Part shown: positions 12,968 to 26,977 of the stretch, one piece after another
Layout of the letters: every line of letters starts with the position of its first letter
Numbering within the stretch: the first letter of the stretch is position 1
Assembly: GCA_002633005.1 (NCBI GenBank)
Contig: NMRA01000077.1
Location: 186,001 to 250,000, forward strand
Source of the DNA: Phoronis australis
Taxonomy: Eukaryota > Animalia > Phoronida
Length of the DNA stretch: 64,000 nt
Direction of reading: 5' to 3'
The notes under the pieces: model-generated
Databases searched by the model: none
What the model was told of the DNA's origin: nothing
What the model saw: the letters and a program-made list of their open reading frames with translations, nothing else
Position numbers and translations under genes: made by a program

Positions 12968-14390
12968 AGTTCCCCGAGAATGAAGATTAAGGTATTTTGC
13001 TAGAGATATGTGAAATTTTGGAAAAATTACTAATTTTTGTGAATAAAGTTTGAGATATCCTCAAATTAATTTGAAGAATTAGAATTGAAATAATGACCTA
13101 CTACAAATATAGATGATAACCTCACCGGTGAATTAAAACTTTTCATTCGCAGACCTCAGAAAGCTAAACAAAGTTTTAGTCGCATTGATTAAGGGTTTTG
13201 TAAACAGTAAATCTAAAAATGGACAACGAGTTGCGTCTTGAAAAGGAGAACTAAACCACTGCGGAAAAGGGGCGTAAAGGAAATTGTTGGGGGATAAGTG
13301 AGCCATGCAGAATTTGACAAGGTTTAATTTGTTTGTTGAAACGGCTCCTGTCTATGACCCTATGGTGTGTTATGATTGTGATTTGAGATAAGTATCTTTG
13401 TCAGTTTAGGCAAAGTTTTAGGCGAATCGTTCACTTTTTGAAAAAAGTGTGAAAATTTTGTCACTAGTATATTTTTTGCGCTTTTTCAGAAAATTAAGAG
13501 ACACGTGATCAGGCATATATTTTGGCACCCATCTTGTATTTAAACATAGCGACAATGAAAATTGTCTCCCTTTCGGTCAATAAAATCAGTAAAATATATA
13601 ATAAAATAATATTGTTAATCACCACATGAATTCGGTGACAACTTAAGTACCTTATAAGTAAGAAATAAGGAAATCTGGGTTAAAAACCGGAGTGTTTAAG
13701 TAATAAATTGCAGTTTTTGCATAATATTTAATGCAAGGGCATCAGTCTGATACTATATTAAAGACCACTGAGCTTACACAGTTTAGGTTGAAATGATTTT
13801 TATTGCAGTGACATACGCTAAGGATCGTGATCCAAACATTTAAACTCTGGACATTGATTACGTTGTCGTAAAACAACGTCACAGACAACGTGGTGGTAAC
13901 GTAGTGGCATTTGATATTTTACTTATTTATTCATTCGTTGACTACAATGGCCAAAGACTGAAAATTTGTGAATGCTGGAATCTTCCGCGACAACTAGAGC
14001 AGCTTCAATCAAGATAGAACAAAATGGTTATTGTGGGTTTCTTTGCCAAAAAGCCACTGTTCACTTCTGGACCCCTCCAAAAGTAAAAAGAGGGCTGGCT
14101 ACAGCACGTTGGCAAGTAACAGTTTAGAATTCAATAATCTAAATTGCCTGCCTCCAGAACTCGATATTCATCGTCTAGATGATGGCTGTGGCTTGGAAGA
14201 AACACTTAAACAAAACAAAGCTGTTTGGCATAAAAATTGTACCACTAACTTTTCAGACAGAAACTAGAACGAGCGATGAAACGAAAGACCAAGGAAAGTT
14301 ATGAAAATTCAACAAGACAGCCAAAAACTAAACAACACACATAGTCCCCTGAAGATGTAAACAAATCATTTTGCCTGTTTTAGAAGCCTC
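12968..14390 (+). mobile_element. Academ-like transposon 5' region with an N-terminal transposase remnant
   Basis: ORF 14031-14267 reads AGYSTLASN..LPPELDIHRLDDGCGLEETLKQNKAVWHKNC, then frameshifts into KLERAMKRK. This resembles the N-terminus of large AcademX proteins. The boundaries are uncertain. Confidence 0.5.
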
Positions 14391-14737
14391 GTTCGAATTC
14401 CAGCTAATCTAAACGTTTCTTTTTAAATTGAAATGCATAGCATCAGTCACAGAGATTACGCATTTTATAAAAATCGTCCATTTTCGGCCATGATATCACA
14501 TTATCACAAATTAGAACACAGCACTTAAAAGAGGACTGTAGTCAAAATAATGTTGCAGTTAATCGGTTCTAACATACAAATAAAATTCACATTTGCCTGA
14601 CTTGCGTGCCAAACAAAAGCCAATTCGTATTCATGGTCAAAACACTGAATTCTGAAAGCGATCGCTGATTGGCTGATGTGTCAGTGACGTGAACGGCGGG
14701 GTATCGGCTGCTTTGCACATTCATTGCTTATGTCATA

Positions 14738-15456
14738 NNNNNNNNNNNNNNNNNNNNNNNNNNNNNNNNNNNNNNNNNNNNNNNNNNNNNNNNNNNNNNN
14801 NNNNNNNNNNNNNNNNNNNNNNNNNNNNNNNNNNNNNNNNNNNNNNNNNNNNNNNNNNNNNNNNNNNNNNNNNNNNNNNNNNNNNNNNNNNNNNNNNNNN
14901 NNNNNNNNNNNNNNNNNNNNNNNNNNNNNNNNNNNNNNNNNNNNNNNNNNNNNNNNNNNNNNNNNNNNNNNNNNNNNNNNNNNNNNNNNNNNNNNNNNNN
15001 NNNNNNNNNNNNNNNNNNNNNNNNNNNNNNNNNNNNNNNNNNNNNNNNNNNNNNNNNNNNNNNNNNNNNNNNNNNNNNNNNNNNNNNNNNNNNNNNNNNN
15101 NNNNNNNNNNNNNNNNNNNNNNNNNNNNNNNNNNNNNNNNNNNNNNNNNNNNNNNNNNNNNNNNNNNNNNNNNNNNNNNNNNNNNNNNNNNNNNNNNNNN
15201 NNNNNNNNNNNNNNNNNNNNNNNNNNNNNNNNNNNNNNNNNNNNNNNNNNNNNNNNNNNNNNNNNNNNNNNNNNNNNNNNNNNNNNNNNNNNNNNNNNNN
15301 NNNNNNNNNNNNNNNNNNNNNNNNNNNNNNNNNNNNNNNNNNNNNNNNNNNNNNNNNNNNNNNNNNNNNNNNNNNNNNNNNNNNNNNNNNNNNNNNNNNN
15401 NNNNNNNNNNNNNNNNNNNNNNNNNNNNNNNNNNNNNNNNNNNNNNNNNNNNNNNN
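14738..15456. other. Assembly gap (N run)
   Basis: Run of N. Confidence 1.
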
Positions 15457-18400
15457 ACTTACCAACCCTTCAAGTTTACAGAGCTGCCGGAGTATTGGCT
15501 GACAACTGGCTGACTGGATGGCTAGAGTCCACATTGCCCTCGGCACAGTCACTGACACCAGTTACACCGGCAAATTTTCGTCTGACGATGACGATGACTA
15601 GGTATCACTTTGTGTTGCCTTAGCTCAAACAGGTATCCCTTGTGACCCGAAATTTCACACTAAAATTTCTTATTCCGACAATATAAAAAAACGCTACTTG
15701 ATTGCACGCTAACACAGGACCAGTGACTTTGCCCCCGCCAAATACGTCACGAGACTAAGCAGCGCTCCAAGCCGGTAATTTTTTGAGCTTCGTTAGAGAA
15801 CATAAGTTTAATTTTTGGTCTTGAATTATTTGTGAAATTAATCAACAATTCATAGAAAACTATCCAGAATTTATTCAGAATAAAATACAGTTCCCTTTTA
15901 AAACAGCTTTCCAACAATACATCTTTTCTCACCACCCACTGGTAACTCACAACGAAGTGGTGACCATGTTTAAATCCAGGATGGCGGCCACACTAAGAGT
16001 CAGATCACGTTTCTCTTTTGATGTTTAAAAATGCGGCCTACAACAGTACTAAATTGGCACGAAAGCGAGAAATTAAATTTCGTCACAAAATCTCGACTAG
16101 CATTCTACCTTTTTAAAACGTTCGAATATCTTTTTAAGCAAGTAGATAAAGCCCTTTACATTAGTCCAGCTATTTGTAATTAAATTCTACCGCTAGGCGG
16201 TGTGATTTTTTAAAAAAAAATATTTTTACTGCTATGTTGCTCTATTAACAATGCTCAAAGGTTTCTTCTAAAATGCCTGAAATAATATTTGTTATCAATT
16301 ATGACGCTTTGTACACGAACTTTAAATTTCAACATTTTGTCATTTTCACGAAAGTCATTGGCAGGTTACACAAAAATATGCAACTTTAAGCGCGAGAACA
16401 TTTTGTATTAATGACGTGGAAACGTTACAAAAACATCTCTAATGTTCCTGCAGCTCCTTGACTATTTTGCGCAGCCCGTGGCGAACCTAAATCGAAGGAT
16501 CCAGCAGAGTGTGAACAGGAAACTTATTTCCTATGGTAAATTATTTTCCTGTGACACCGGCAGCGACATCAGTATCGTTGGAACAAAGTGATTGGTCAAA
16601 ATGCCAGGTAGAATGGCGTGGCATTATGGCTTAAAATGATGTAATCGGTCCAATCAGAATGGATAAAATGTCATTTATTATTAACGGCCAACTCATAGCT
16701 ACAGTTGTTATTCATGATGTCACACGGAACCAAATGAGATAACATTTCTGGAGATCAGAACATACAAAGGCCCAAAATGCCGATCGCCCTCTACCAGCAG
16801 CTGGCTAATTAAGCTTTGATTAGACGTCACATAATATGAATTAATTTCAAACCAATGAGCGACTCGGGCAGCACTCAATTTAGTGTACAGGTTGAACTTT
16901 GGTTTACTTTTTTGTCAATAACATGTGTAAAGTTTAGCTAAAAAAGCCCTGATAAGTAAGCTTGAGAAAGAGGCAGCCATCTTTGAATCCAAAATGGTGG
17001 ATGGCGGAAGTTACCACGAAGATAGAGTTGGGTACCCAGCCGTACTTGATTCTACATATACTTAAGTTTTTGTACATCAACTTTCACACTTTAATAAAAA
17101 CACGGAAAAATTGTTGAATTTTTGGTTCGTAGCCGCTGCGCTGCTGGCACAAATTTAACATTCGACTTTAACCACTTATCGACAAGAGATTGACTTAGGA
17201 GTTCCTGAAGTACAATAACATGCATTTTTAATGTAACTTAATTGATGAATAAAGTCTATATCAGAAATCACATATTTGTTATTTGGCTTTCATAATTTTG
17301 TAAAAAAGCGTTTTTCCAATGTTAATTCCTAACGCGCATCTGACGTCACTGAGGCTGCACGGTAGGTGAAGGCAATAAGGTAAATCAAGCTTATTATGTA
17401 TATATCATTGGGTGAATGCCTCTGTGCTTAATGTGTATAATTCGTCTGCGATCTCGGCTCTCAAAAGCTCGTAGTACAAGTTTACGCGTACAGTAGTGTT
17501 CACTATTAGTGAAACGATGCCGTTCTCGCACGGCCAGGAAAGGGCCCCGACTGCGTAGCCTTGCCTTGGTGCAAGCTGTAAAGTAATAATTACAGCGGCC
17601 GTTGCACCGATGTGGGTAAAAACTGATCAAATAAAATCTGACACAAAATTAGTATCATTAAAATCACACTAACTTTGAGTAAACTAAATTACTGACTGGT
17701 GTTGAAAAAAATGGCGTTCTGCAGTTCACTCTGCTGCTAAAATTTGGGTGCGCTCGTTAAGGTCGGCTTTCGGCGGCGTCACCTGATGCCGGCCTTATTG
17801 GCCAGTTTTGTTCCCCGAGTTGTTCTTCTTCCAAGCGATCGAACTGTTCTTCGAAGTTGTGTCACAACAAATTACTAGAGCTGCTTTCATTTCCTTACAA
17901 GGTCTTAGTATTTTAATACCAGGAAACCGAATTTCATAAAAAAAATTTTGCTCCTGCGAAGCTGTCATCATTTCCCGACAAATGGAAATAGCGTGTGTTG
18001 AGCGTACTGTTTTCTTTGTTACAAAAGACTGAGAATTATGATATAAAATACTGTTCACTAGATTGTTTTTCACTTAAATGGCTCCATCGGGCAAGGTGAG
18101 TGTCGGTTGACACTCACATATTTGCACGCTCACCTGCCGGTTCAGAGCTCTACATGTTGATATAAGTTTCGCGACGAGGTGACAAGCAGAACTACCCGGG
18201 CTATGTGAAATTTCGAAGTCTAACGGAGCTCAACACACAGTGCTACTGGTACCTAGTTGTATTTTGAAGATAGTTTTCATACAGGTAGATGGCTGGGTAG
18301 GCCCTGGGATGAATCAAAGTCACAGGAAAGAAAAACGTAAAAGGTTGTGAGTATGCATATGTTAACTGTCGACTGCACTACGTACTCGCACGGCTAATGA

Positions 18401-18696
18401 CCTATATCTCTTTGTGGTGTACAGCTTCAGTGACGTCACGAAAAACAGCGCTTGAAGTGGGGCTTTACGAAACAAATAAACTTTTCAAAGTAAAAAAAGA
18501 AAAATACTGTGCACTATTTAGGAATATGTGGATGCCAGTAACCAACCTTTATATTTTCAAAATTCATATTAAAATGCCGAAACATGTAGTTCAGGCCTCT
18601 TTTAAAATTGTTTCTTAGTCAAGTCTCAAGTGGTGTCTTGTCTTGAAGAGAATTGGCAATTTGTCATAGATTAGAAACGGGCTGGACAAATGGGCT

Positions 18697-18852
18697 TGGC
18701 ACTAACGGGGCACTAACGGGTGTGGCACTACGGGTGTTGCACTACGAGTGTGGCACTACGGGTGTGGCACTACGGGTGTGGCACTACGGGTGTGGCACTA
18801 CGGGTGTGGCACTACGGGTGTGGCACTACGGGTGTGGCACTAACGGGTGTTG
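18697..18852. repeat. 14-bp minisatellite (CGGGTGTGGCACTA)n running into a gap
   Basis: About 10 near-perfect units are visible before the N run. Confidence 0.95.
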
Positions 18853-19623
18853 NNNNNNNNNNNNNNNNNNNNNNNNNNNNNNNNNNNNNNNNNNNNNNNN
18901 NNNNNNNNNNNNNNNNNNNNNNNNNNNNNNNNNNNNNNNNNNNNNNNNNNNNNNNNNNNNNNNNNNNNNNNNNNNNNNNNNNNNNNNNNNNNNNNNNNNN
19001 NNNNNNNNNNNNNNNNNNNNNNNNNNNNNNNNNNNNNNNNNNNNNNNNNNNNNNNNNNNNNNNNNNNNNNNNNNNNNNNNNNNNNNNNNNNNNNNNNNNN
19101 NNNNNNNNNNNNNNNNNNNNNNNNNNNNNNNNNNNNNNNNNNNNNNNNNNNNNNNNNNNNNNNNNNNNNNNNNNNNNNNNNNNNNNNNNNNNNNNNNNNN
19201 NNNNNNNNNNNNNNNNNNNNNNNNNNNNNNNNNNNNNNNNNNNNNNNNNNNNNNNNNNNNNNNNNNNNNNNNNNNNNNNNNNNNNNNNNNNNNNNNNNNN
19301 NNNNNNNNNNNNNNNNNNNNNNNNNNNNNNNNNNNNNNNNNNNNNNNNNNNNNNNNNNNNNNNNNNNNNNNNNNNNNNNNNNNNNNNNNNNNNNNNNNNN
19401 NNNNNNNNNNNNNNNNNNNNNNNNNNNNNNNNNNNNNNNNNNNNNNNNNNNNNNNNNNNNNNNNNNNNNNNNNNNNNNNNNNNNNNNNNNNNNNNNNNNN
19501 NNNNNNNNNNNNNNNNNNNNNNNNNNNNNNNNNNNNNNNNNNNNNNNNNNNNNNNNNNNNNNNNNNNNNNNNNNNNNNNNNNNNNNNNNNNNNNNNNNNN
19601 NNNNNNNNNNNNNNNNNNNNNNN
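18853..19623. other. Assembly gap (N run)
   Basis: Run of N. Confidence 1.
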
Positions 19624-20376
19624 CCCAAGCATTGTGCCGTCAGCAATGGCGTGATCTTGGCGGTATTAATGCCATCATTGTAGCAACTGATGGATCCTTC
19701 GATGGTGAAACTAATCGTGCGGGATGGGGCTATCAAATACGCTGTGCTAACAACGTCATTGCGGAAGGTAGTGGCTGCCACCATATATCCACAAGCAGTA
19801 CGCGGATGGAGTTTGAGGCTATACAACGAGCCCTAACCAAGCTGTCACTCCTAGACCTGGAGAATCACACCATTATCTTTGCCACCGATTCCATGGCAGT
19901 GTTGATGAAAGTTCAATCTGGAAACCTCCCAGCCAACTGGGGTGTCTTCCGATCACGCCACCCTCATCATGTGGTGATCTGGTCTTTCGTACCTGGCCAC
20001 GCCGGTGTCTTGATTAATGAGCGTGCAGATTACCTCGCTGGCTCATGCACCACCAACCAACCCCTCTACTTATATTCGGCTGACGTTAAGCTGCTGGCTC
20101 GCAAACGCAACCACGAGCAGACTGCATCCCAGCTGGCTGAGTTCAATGATGGCAGCCGCCTGCTCGAAGCCGGTATTATTTATGGCCATGCTGCGAAGAG
20201 TCACAAGAAGGGCCGTGCCCGAGTGCTATCTAATCAAATGCTTACAGGCAACGTCAGCCCTGGAGTTCTGCGCCTTCTGCTGTCACGGGGATGGTCTGGG
20301 GAGGGGATTAATGCACCAGCATATCCCCAATGATCCTGTCCGTGACAGGTATTACAGATTACAGGTATTACAGATC
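19624..20376 (+). mobile_element. 3' end of a non-LTR retrotransposon with a C-terminal RNase HI domain (I-group/Ingi-like)
   Basis: Open frame to TGA at 20333 with IVATDGS..AGWG..SSTRMEFEAI..FATDS..FVPGHAGVLINERADYLA, so all D/E/D/H/D catalytic residues are present. A short 3' UTR ends in an ATTACAG-type repeat tail. Confidence 0.8.
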
Positions 20377-20897
20377 TCTATAAATGATAGTCATTTGAGT
20401 GAAATTGCGATTCAAGAACATGTTTTGCCAAATTAAACAAAATTTTATACATCAAAACATATTACTTACGTATTTCAGAACAGTGCATCAGATTTTTAAA
20501 CAGTTTCTGAAAATACGCACATGGGCGTACTTTTAGAAAATTTTCCAAAAATATGCTCTTGGGCATACTTTTAGGTGGGCCTACTTTTGGAAATTCCCAG
20601 CAAGTCATTTCCATGAGACTGATCCCACGAGTCTGTTTCCTGAAAGCTACTGAAGTTTGGTGTTACGCTCCTACCTCACAGTTGTAGATTAAAGGATTAG
20701 ACCATTAATTATGAGCGTATCAAAGTTTAGAAAGAGTTTTTCCATAATTAGTAGTCAAGTGTCCATAATTTTAGAGACTTTGAATTTTGTTCACGTCACC
20801 AGATTGAACTATTTTTCAGAAATAGTTATGTGGAACGACCAAGTTTTTGATTTAGTCTTTAGTCGCTTTTCACGAAATAGGCCTCTGGTGAGTTCAA

Positions 20898-22232
20898 AGG
20901 AGAAAGCAACATTTTTTCATGTCATTGTTAGTAAAAATACGGTTGGTTGATTATTCCAGACTTATTTTCGGATAATTACAGATTCCTGTGATTTAATTAA
21001 TTATTCATGCCCTATTCCGGAAGTGACGTTTAGGGGGTTTAGAATATCCCGCCATTTTGTTTCTGCGTTCGAGTTTACTGTTGTTTTAGTACTGGTTTCC
21101 TAAAATTGTCGTCACCACTTCCCATCCACGAGTATTTTATGACAAGCTAGGCTACGTTGGATTTAGAGATCGTTTAGCTTGTAGTAGCCTGAAAGTTGCT
21201 CAGTGGAGTCGGCGACCCATGCCACAGCGACGTTAGTGACGGAGACATTGTTTAAAGTAGTGATGAAGAGGAATTTTTCCACGAGTAGTCAGTGGATGGA
21301 TATATGTTTGAGTCCGAATATGATGGGCAGAATACGCACACCCACTGGGTGGTGACCTGAGCACACAAACAGCTTACATAGCGTGCCGTACGACTCCCTC
21401 GCCAAACACCTGCAGGCACCTTCTAAATAGCTCCAATAATTTAGTCAAGTCCACAATATCAGAGTTTGGCTCACCGGCCTGTTCACTGGACGACGGACTG
21501 TCCTTCTCACTAGGTGACAAACTGGGCCTGTATTCACTCCCATAACTCAACATCGCTGCAGGGCTGCTTACAGGCTTTGGGCTGGAGACAACGCCAGCAC
21601 CGGGCAATCACTGCTAGTTCTCGGAATTGCACGGTCCGGGGTAAGAACGGAGGCACGGGTGACAGTAGCTAAAGGGTCTCGAGTAGAGGACACAATTCGC
21701 GAGGCTTCTCGGTTCAAAAATGCACTTCTCGGGGGTGGCGACCAGGCAGTGCCGGGAATCATCAGCGGCGGTATTGCGTCCTTCTGCAAGCGTTGTTTTG
21801 CAGGAACCTTCATCACTTCGCGTAAATAATCGCTTTGGTAATCTGACGGCAGAAAACACTTGCCATACACTTAGTAATGGTCCACTGCTTTGTACGAATG
21901 AGGCAAGTACGGCGGAATGTGTCATCCGTCGGAAAGCGAGGTAAAAGCGCTCGTGAGACGATAATGAGTTCGTCCCGGTGTGCAGCAACGTTGTCTGACT
22001 TGTGATAAAACGCCAACGACGACCGAGCTTATCGCGTACAACCAAGGCTGACTGACTCGATAGCTCACGCAGTCAGACTATATCAAAACAAAATGGCGAG
22101 AAATTCTAAACCTCTAAACAACACTTCTGGTATGAGGCGTGACTAATTAATCAAATTAACTGAAAAATATGTCTGGGACAATCAACGAATCGTATTTTTA
22201 CTGACAAGTACATGAAAAAAATTCTTTCTCCT
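20898..22232 (-). mobile_element. Non-autonomous Kolobok-like DNA transposon, copy A (THAP + H2CH remnant)
   Basis: Imperfect ~170 bp TIRs starting AGGAGAAAG and ending CTTTCTCCT. Flanks are TCAA and TTAA (degenerate TTAA TSD). Minus strand carries a THAP remnant (RFPTD..; CF..DY..RLQKDAIP) and IVDLTKLLELFRRC. Confidence 0.75.
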
Positions 22233-24652
22233 TTAAGTTCAACTGAATTTTCATTCACTCTTTTAACTTTCCACGAAACTATAATCCTTCAAAACATTCA
22301 AACCAACTTTAAACAAGATGTTGGAAGCGTTATTGTAAAACTTTTAGTCAGGAGCATCTCACACGGAACAAGTTAACAATGGCCGTGTGACATCTATTAG
22401 CTAGGGGTCAAAGTTGAAAAATACATCCCTTCCCTGTAAAAACTGGACCTTAAGGCGTTGTTTGTTCGTTTTGTTGCACGAACGGATTTTTGGTGCACTC
22501 GTAAAGTGCTACATGGCACCCCAAAAAGTGTTTTGACGTCCCCAAAAAGCGCCTTACTAGAGAGGGGTTGGAACACTTCGNNNNNNNNNNCCCCCCCCCC
22601 CCCTCAACAGCGCCACTGCAAACAAACAAATCTACATGTATACTGGGAAAATCATTTATCGGAAAAGTATTTTACATTTACATATAGCTTTAAAAATTGC
22701 CACTGCCGCAGAGCACGCATTTTTCTGTATAAGGGATGTATTAAGCCATTTTGTTCGGCATTATTGTTAAGGATTTAAAACACGACGACAAAGTTGTGTG
22801 GAAATTTGTGAGTGCAAGCGAGGGTCCTCGTTTTATGCGGGCACGCCTCTTGTTTTAGTAAATCCAGTTTTGAAAGTTGAGAGTGTTCCCCTTGTAGAAC
22901 ATGCCCTACCTGCATGTATTTGAATGCCCAATATTCAGTGAATTATCTGGATACTCCATTCAAACAAATAGGACGTTATCATATTATAGGAGAACAGGCG
23001 GTGAGCCCGTAAAATTTGTATCATTTGTACTCATGGATTCCCCCGGGGAAGTGTCCTCGTAGGCCCCGTGGTAAAGACGGCACCGTTTGTGTCCTGCTCT
23101 TCGAAGGCCATGGTGAAGCCATCTTGTTGATCCTATTTCTTTGGAAGGCAACAAACTGCAGACCATGTGAAACCATCACAATGCCGTCGTGTTTTCACAG
23201 CACGATATCGAGATCGAGCCGTGGTATCCACGATGACGAGTAACTTTAGCGTTTAGTGTGTCATCGTAACGTAAAAAATAGAAGACAAGCCTAAGCGCAT
23301 CTTCTGCCAACCGCGAGCAACTCCACCAAGGGGACGCGCGTGTAACCGTGAATCATGCGTAATCAGAATTCCGCTCCTGCATAATGGCAAACTTTGATGA
23401 TGAGAATACCAGGAAAACGAAGGCATCAGTATTTCTACTCTTGACGCAATTCACAGAACATGATGAGTAACAGACCCAGCACCGCCTTGAACAGGTACAA
23501 CTATAATTCACTTTGACACTACTTGCCTTTCCAGCATTTGACAACGTAATTACCTTTTGTATTTTTTATTTTTCAGGACAGGAACAAATTGAAGCCTAAG
23601 GACGAAATCGAATTATATATATACGTATGCCGCAGCAAAAATAAAACTGAATCCTATGGCCATTGTAACACTCTACTAAATGTGACATTAGTTCAGAAGG
23701 CTTTCAAAACTACACAAGACTCCAGATGCCTCTCAGCTGACATCTAACAGAATTATCTCCCTCTTTGTCTCAAGCTGTACGTTACCTTGACACTTGGCGT
23801 AAGGTGATTAATGTAGTTCAAACCTGTCTTGCAACTTCAGTGTTACCTCATCTCTAACATAATTAAGTCGACGATCTCGTTAAAGACGTCTTTGCTGATG
23901 GGATGATCCAATGTCCAATTACATGTACAACTAAAGACAGGGCCGCAATCATTGCTAAGTAGCTTAAGAAGAGATGGCAATTTCCACGCTGTTATGGTAC
24001 TCTGGGAGATAAACAAGTGGCGGCCACGTGTCCTTGCAATACTAGCTCTGTGCACAAAAACTACACTAACAGGCCCGCACCCAGGGGGGTTCGGGGAATT
24101 CGATCGGACCCCCTCCCCCCTAACCTGTGGAAAAGGTCCAGACCCAGAATATACGTTAAAAATATTTTTATATAAGGATATAGATGGACAACAGCAAAAT
24201 TGTTGCAGCTACCGGTACTACTAACTACAATGATACTTAACTTAGTAACAATTCTGAAATTGCTTCAAATTCAAAGCGCTTTACGTGGAATTGGGCCGTA
24301 CCCGGCCAATTCCGCCCGAGTGGTGTTTGTGTAGATGACAGGAGATAGGTCAGAGGATAAAAAGAGGCTTGATCAGCATTGAACGCACTTGGTGGCAGCA
24401 CCAAATGGGAACAAGGAATACCTATATCTACTGTATTCATAGATGTCTAACCCTATGACTTAAGTATACTATACGGCAACGAGAGAGCTTCCAAAAAGTA
24501 GTGCAATGTGAAGAAACAAAACAGCTGTAATTTGAGATTTTTATTCTGCTATTTTGGTTTGATTGCTAGCATAGTACGATAAACTGCAAGCATTTTCAAA
24601 GCGATCGTCAAATATGCAAATATGTTGTTCATCTAGTGTCCACTGAGACTGT

Positions 24653-25680
24653 AGATGTTTTACATTAAGCACTTCAGAATACAAGATGAATGAAGTGGTC
24701 AAACTTTCAGAAGAAAAATGCACCTAATGATCCCAGGGGTGCACCAAATGACCTGGAAATTTAGAATTCATACTCAATCGCACTTAGTAAACAGATACGT
24801 AATTTTGAAGTCTCTAGCTCAAAATTTTAGTTTGCACTCAATGACCTTTGACCTATTTTTTTCTGATTTGTTAGGCCTATTGCAAAGTAAAGTAGGGTAT
24901 TCAATTGGCATGTTGACTTACACCAGTGTGCTGAAATTGAAAAGAATTCCTTGAAAAACGTAAGAGATATAACATTTTGAACGTTACATGACCTTTGCAC
25001 TAATTGACCCTATCCAGTGCATTATAAGCGTCTTTAGGAGAATTATTGCAAAGCCCATCAAAAATGTGTTTAATGCTGAGAATCACAGTTGTCTAACGGT
25101 TGACACATCAAAATACTTGCTGATTGAAAAGGTCAAATTTTCAGAAGAAAAATGCACTTAATGACCCCATGTTTGCACTAAATGACCTTAAACTTTGGAT
25201 TCCGATTTGATTTACCTGTGGCAATCAGACCTGTGAATTTGAAGTGTCTAGCTCAAAATTTTAGTTTGCACCTAATGACCTTTGTCCTATTTCACCTGAT
25301 TGGATGACCCGATTACTTAGAAAAGTAATTTTTTTTGAAAAATGTCATGTTGACTTATACCTGTGCACCGAATTTGAAAAAGATAGCTTTAAAACTGAAG
25401 GAGGAGTAGCATTTTGAAAATTATATGACCTTTGCAAAAAACGACCTCTTCCGGTGCAATATGGAATATGATTATTTAACCAATCAAAATTTATATACTG
25501 TCAAATGTCATATGCTGAATTTAAAGACCGTACCTGCACCCAATTTGGAGTTATTAAGCCTCAAAGATGGTCGGAAGAAGAATAAGAATAAGAAGAATAA
25601 GAAGAATAAGAATAAGAATAAGAATAAAATTGAAGAAAACCCAGGAACAACAGTACCCTGCGCTTACACGCGCGGAGTAA
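24653..25680 (+). mobile_element. HINE copy 2, 5'-truncated, with a complete 3' end
   Basis: Central tandem units, an (AAGAAT)n microsatellite at ~25575-25628, and the 3' hairpin TACCCTGCGC-TTACAC-GCGCGGAGTAA. Confidence 0.85.
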
Positions 25681-26977
25681 TTAAGAAGACTGAATGGGAC
25701 TCCATGAATTCTCGAAGACTAACTACATTTAATTTCGACACGGCCGTGTGCGAGGTTAGTTGGGTGAGGTTGAGGCACAGTGGCCCTAAACTCTTCAGTC
25801 GCACTGCGATGCGATCATGACATGGATTTGATGAATGCATCGTGGTTGATAATTCATCAATATTCCTAATTCATATTCTTTTAAAAATGCAAACGCGTAC
25901 TCAATTTCCGTGTTAAGACATGCGGGCAATTTTGCTTGCTCATTGAAAATGAATCTAGACATTGACCACCGCTTCTAGATGTACTGGCCAGCTAGACGGT
26001 GGTCACTGTCTACTTGGAATTCAAAGAAAGTGTTTTGGAACCTCGGCGTTATTTTCGATATAGGTTCATCTATTAACCGAAGTATCGTTTATTTTTGAAA
26101 GTAAAAGTATAAAAATCACAACTGAGTCTGAAAGTTTAGATATTTTCAGAACAGTAAACCGTCGTAGTGGAGAATCTTTGAGGTATTGAACCTTTGGAAT
26201 AGTAAACCTTCGAAATAGTGGGCTGTTCCCATTTCCAGCGATATAAGAAACTTCAGTAACGCGCAAAAGTACAACAAGATAGACAATTTCGTGAAGTAAT
26301 TCTCCGACTGAACTTCATATTTCCGTCCGAGCATGTAATGAGGTGTAATCACTCATTTAACCAATTTTGGCAGGAGGTAACGAGAGAACGTTCTCTTGCT
26401 GGACCACATTACATCCGAATTTGTGTCCCGTTCTTTACGAGCAACTTCCACAGCATCCTCATTTCTGGTATTACAAGTTCCGTCTCATCTCATGAACATA
26501 GAGCTGAAAGTCATCGTTGTGTGTACAAATTTCCCTTCCCCCTAATTGAGCCCTACCGAAAACTAGTTTCTACGTTTGCAACATTACGGCGTTTTCCCGT
26601 TACTCCCAACTTGTTCGATTTTATAGCCCAACAACAAGTTGGGAAATTTACCCCTGTAGCCAATGTCTTACACGACTAATTAACTCCATTCTGGCATTTA
26701 TGGTTGGAGGGCCAACTCTCTTTTGTTCTAATCTCAAAGAAGACCGTATCTACCCTGACTGGGCTGTTCTGTTAAAAATAAAAGTTAAGTTATAACATAA
26801 TTGAACATAAACCAATAGCATATCTGAAATCTTCGTCAAATGGTGATCATGTTTTTTTTGAATCGCCAAAATCGCCCTACTGCAACCGAAGTTACGACAA
26901 TCTATTCTTTCCGAATACACCAATTCACTCTGAGTTTGACTGTGTTCACACGTGGTCTGTAATAAGCTGGTAAATAA

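Noticed and set aside
14689-19826. Long ORFs full of X in the ORF track
   Set aside because: Artefacts of translating through N gaps. Only the RNase H part (19624-20333) is real coding sequence.
22700-23250. Faint resemblance to a Penelope GIY-YIG region on the minus strand
   Set aside because: Needs several frameshifts and no motif is intact, so it cannot be supported without a profile search.
23845-23930. Exon-like minus-strand segment (CTCNWTLDHPISKDVFNEIVDLIMLEM) in the long intron
   Set aside because: It has a stop in the phase-1 frame needed to fit between exon 1 and exon 2 of the PAN gene, and there is no other support.
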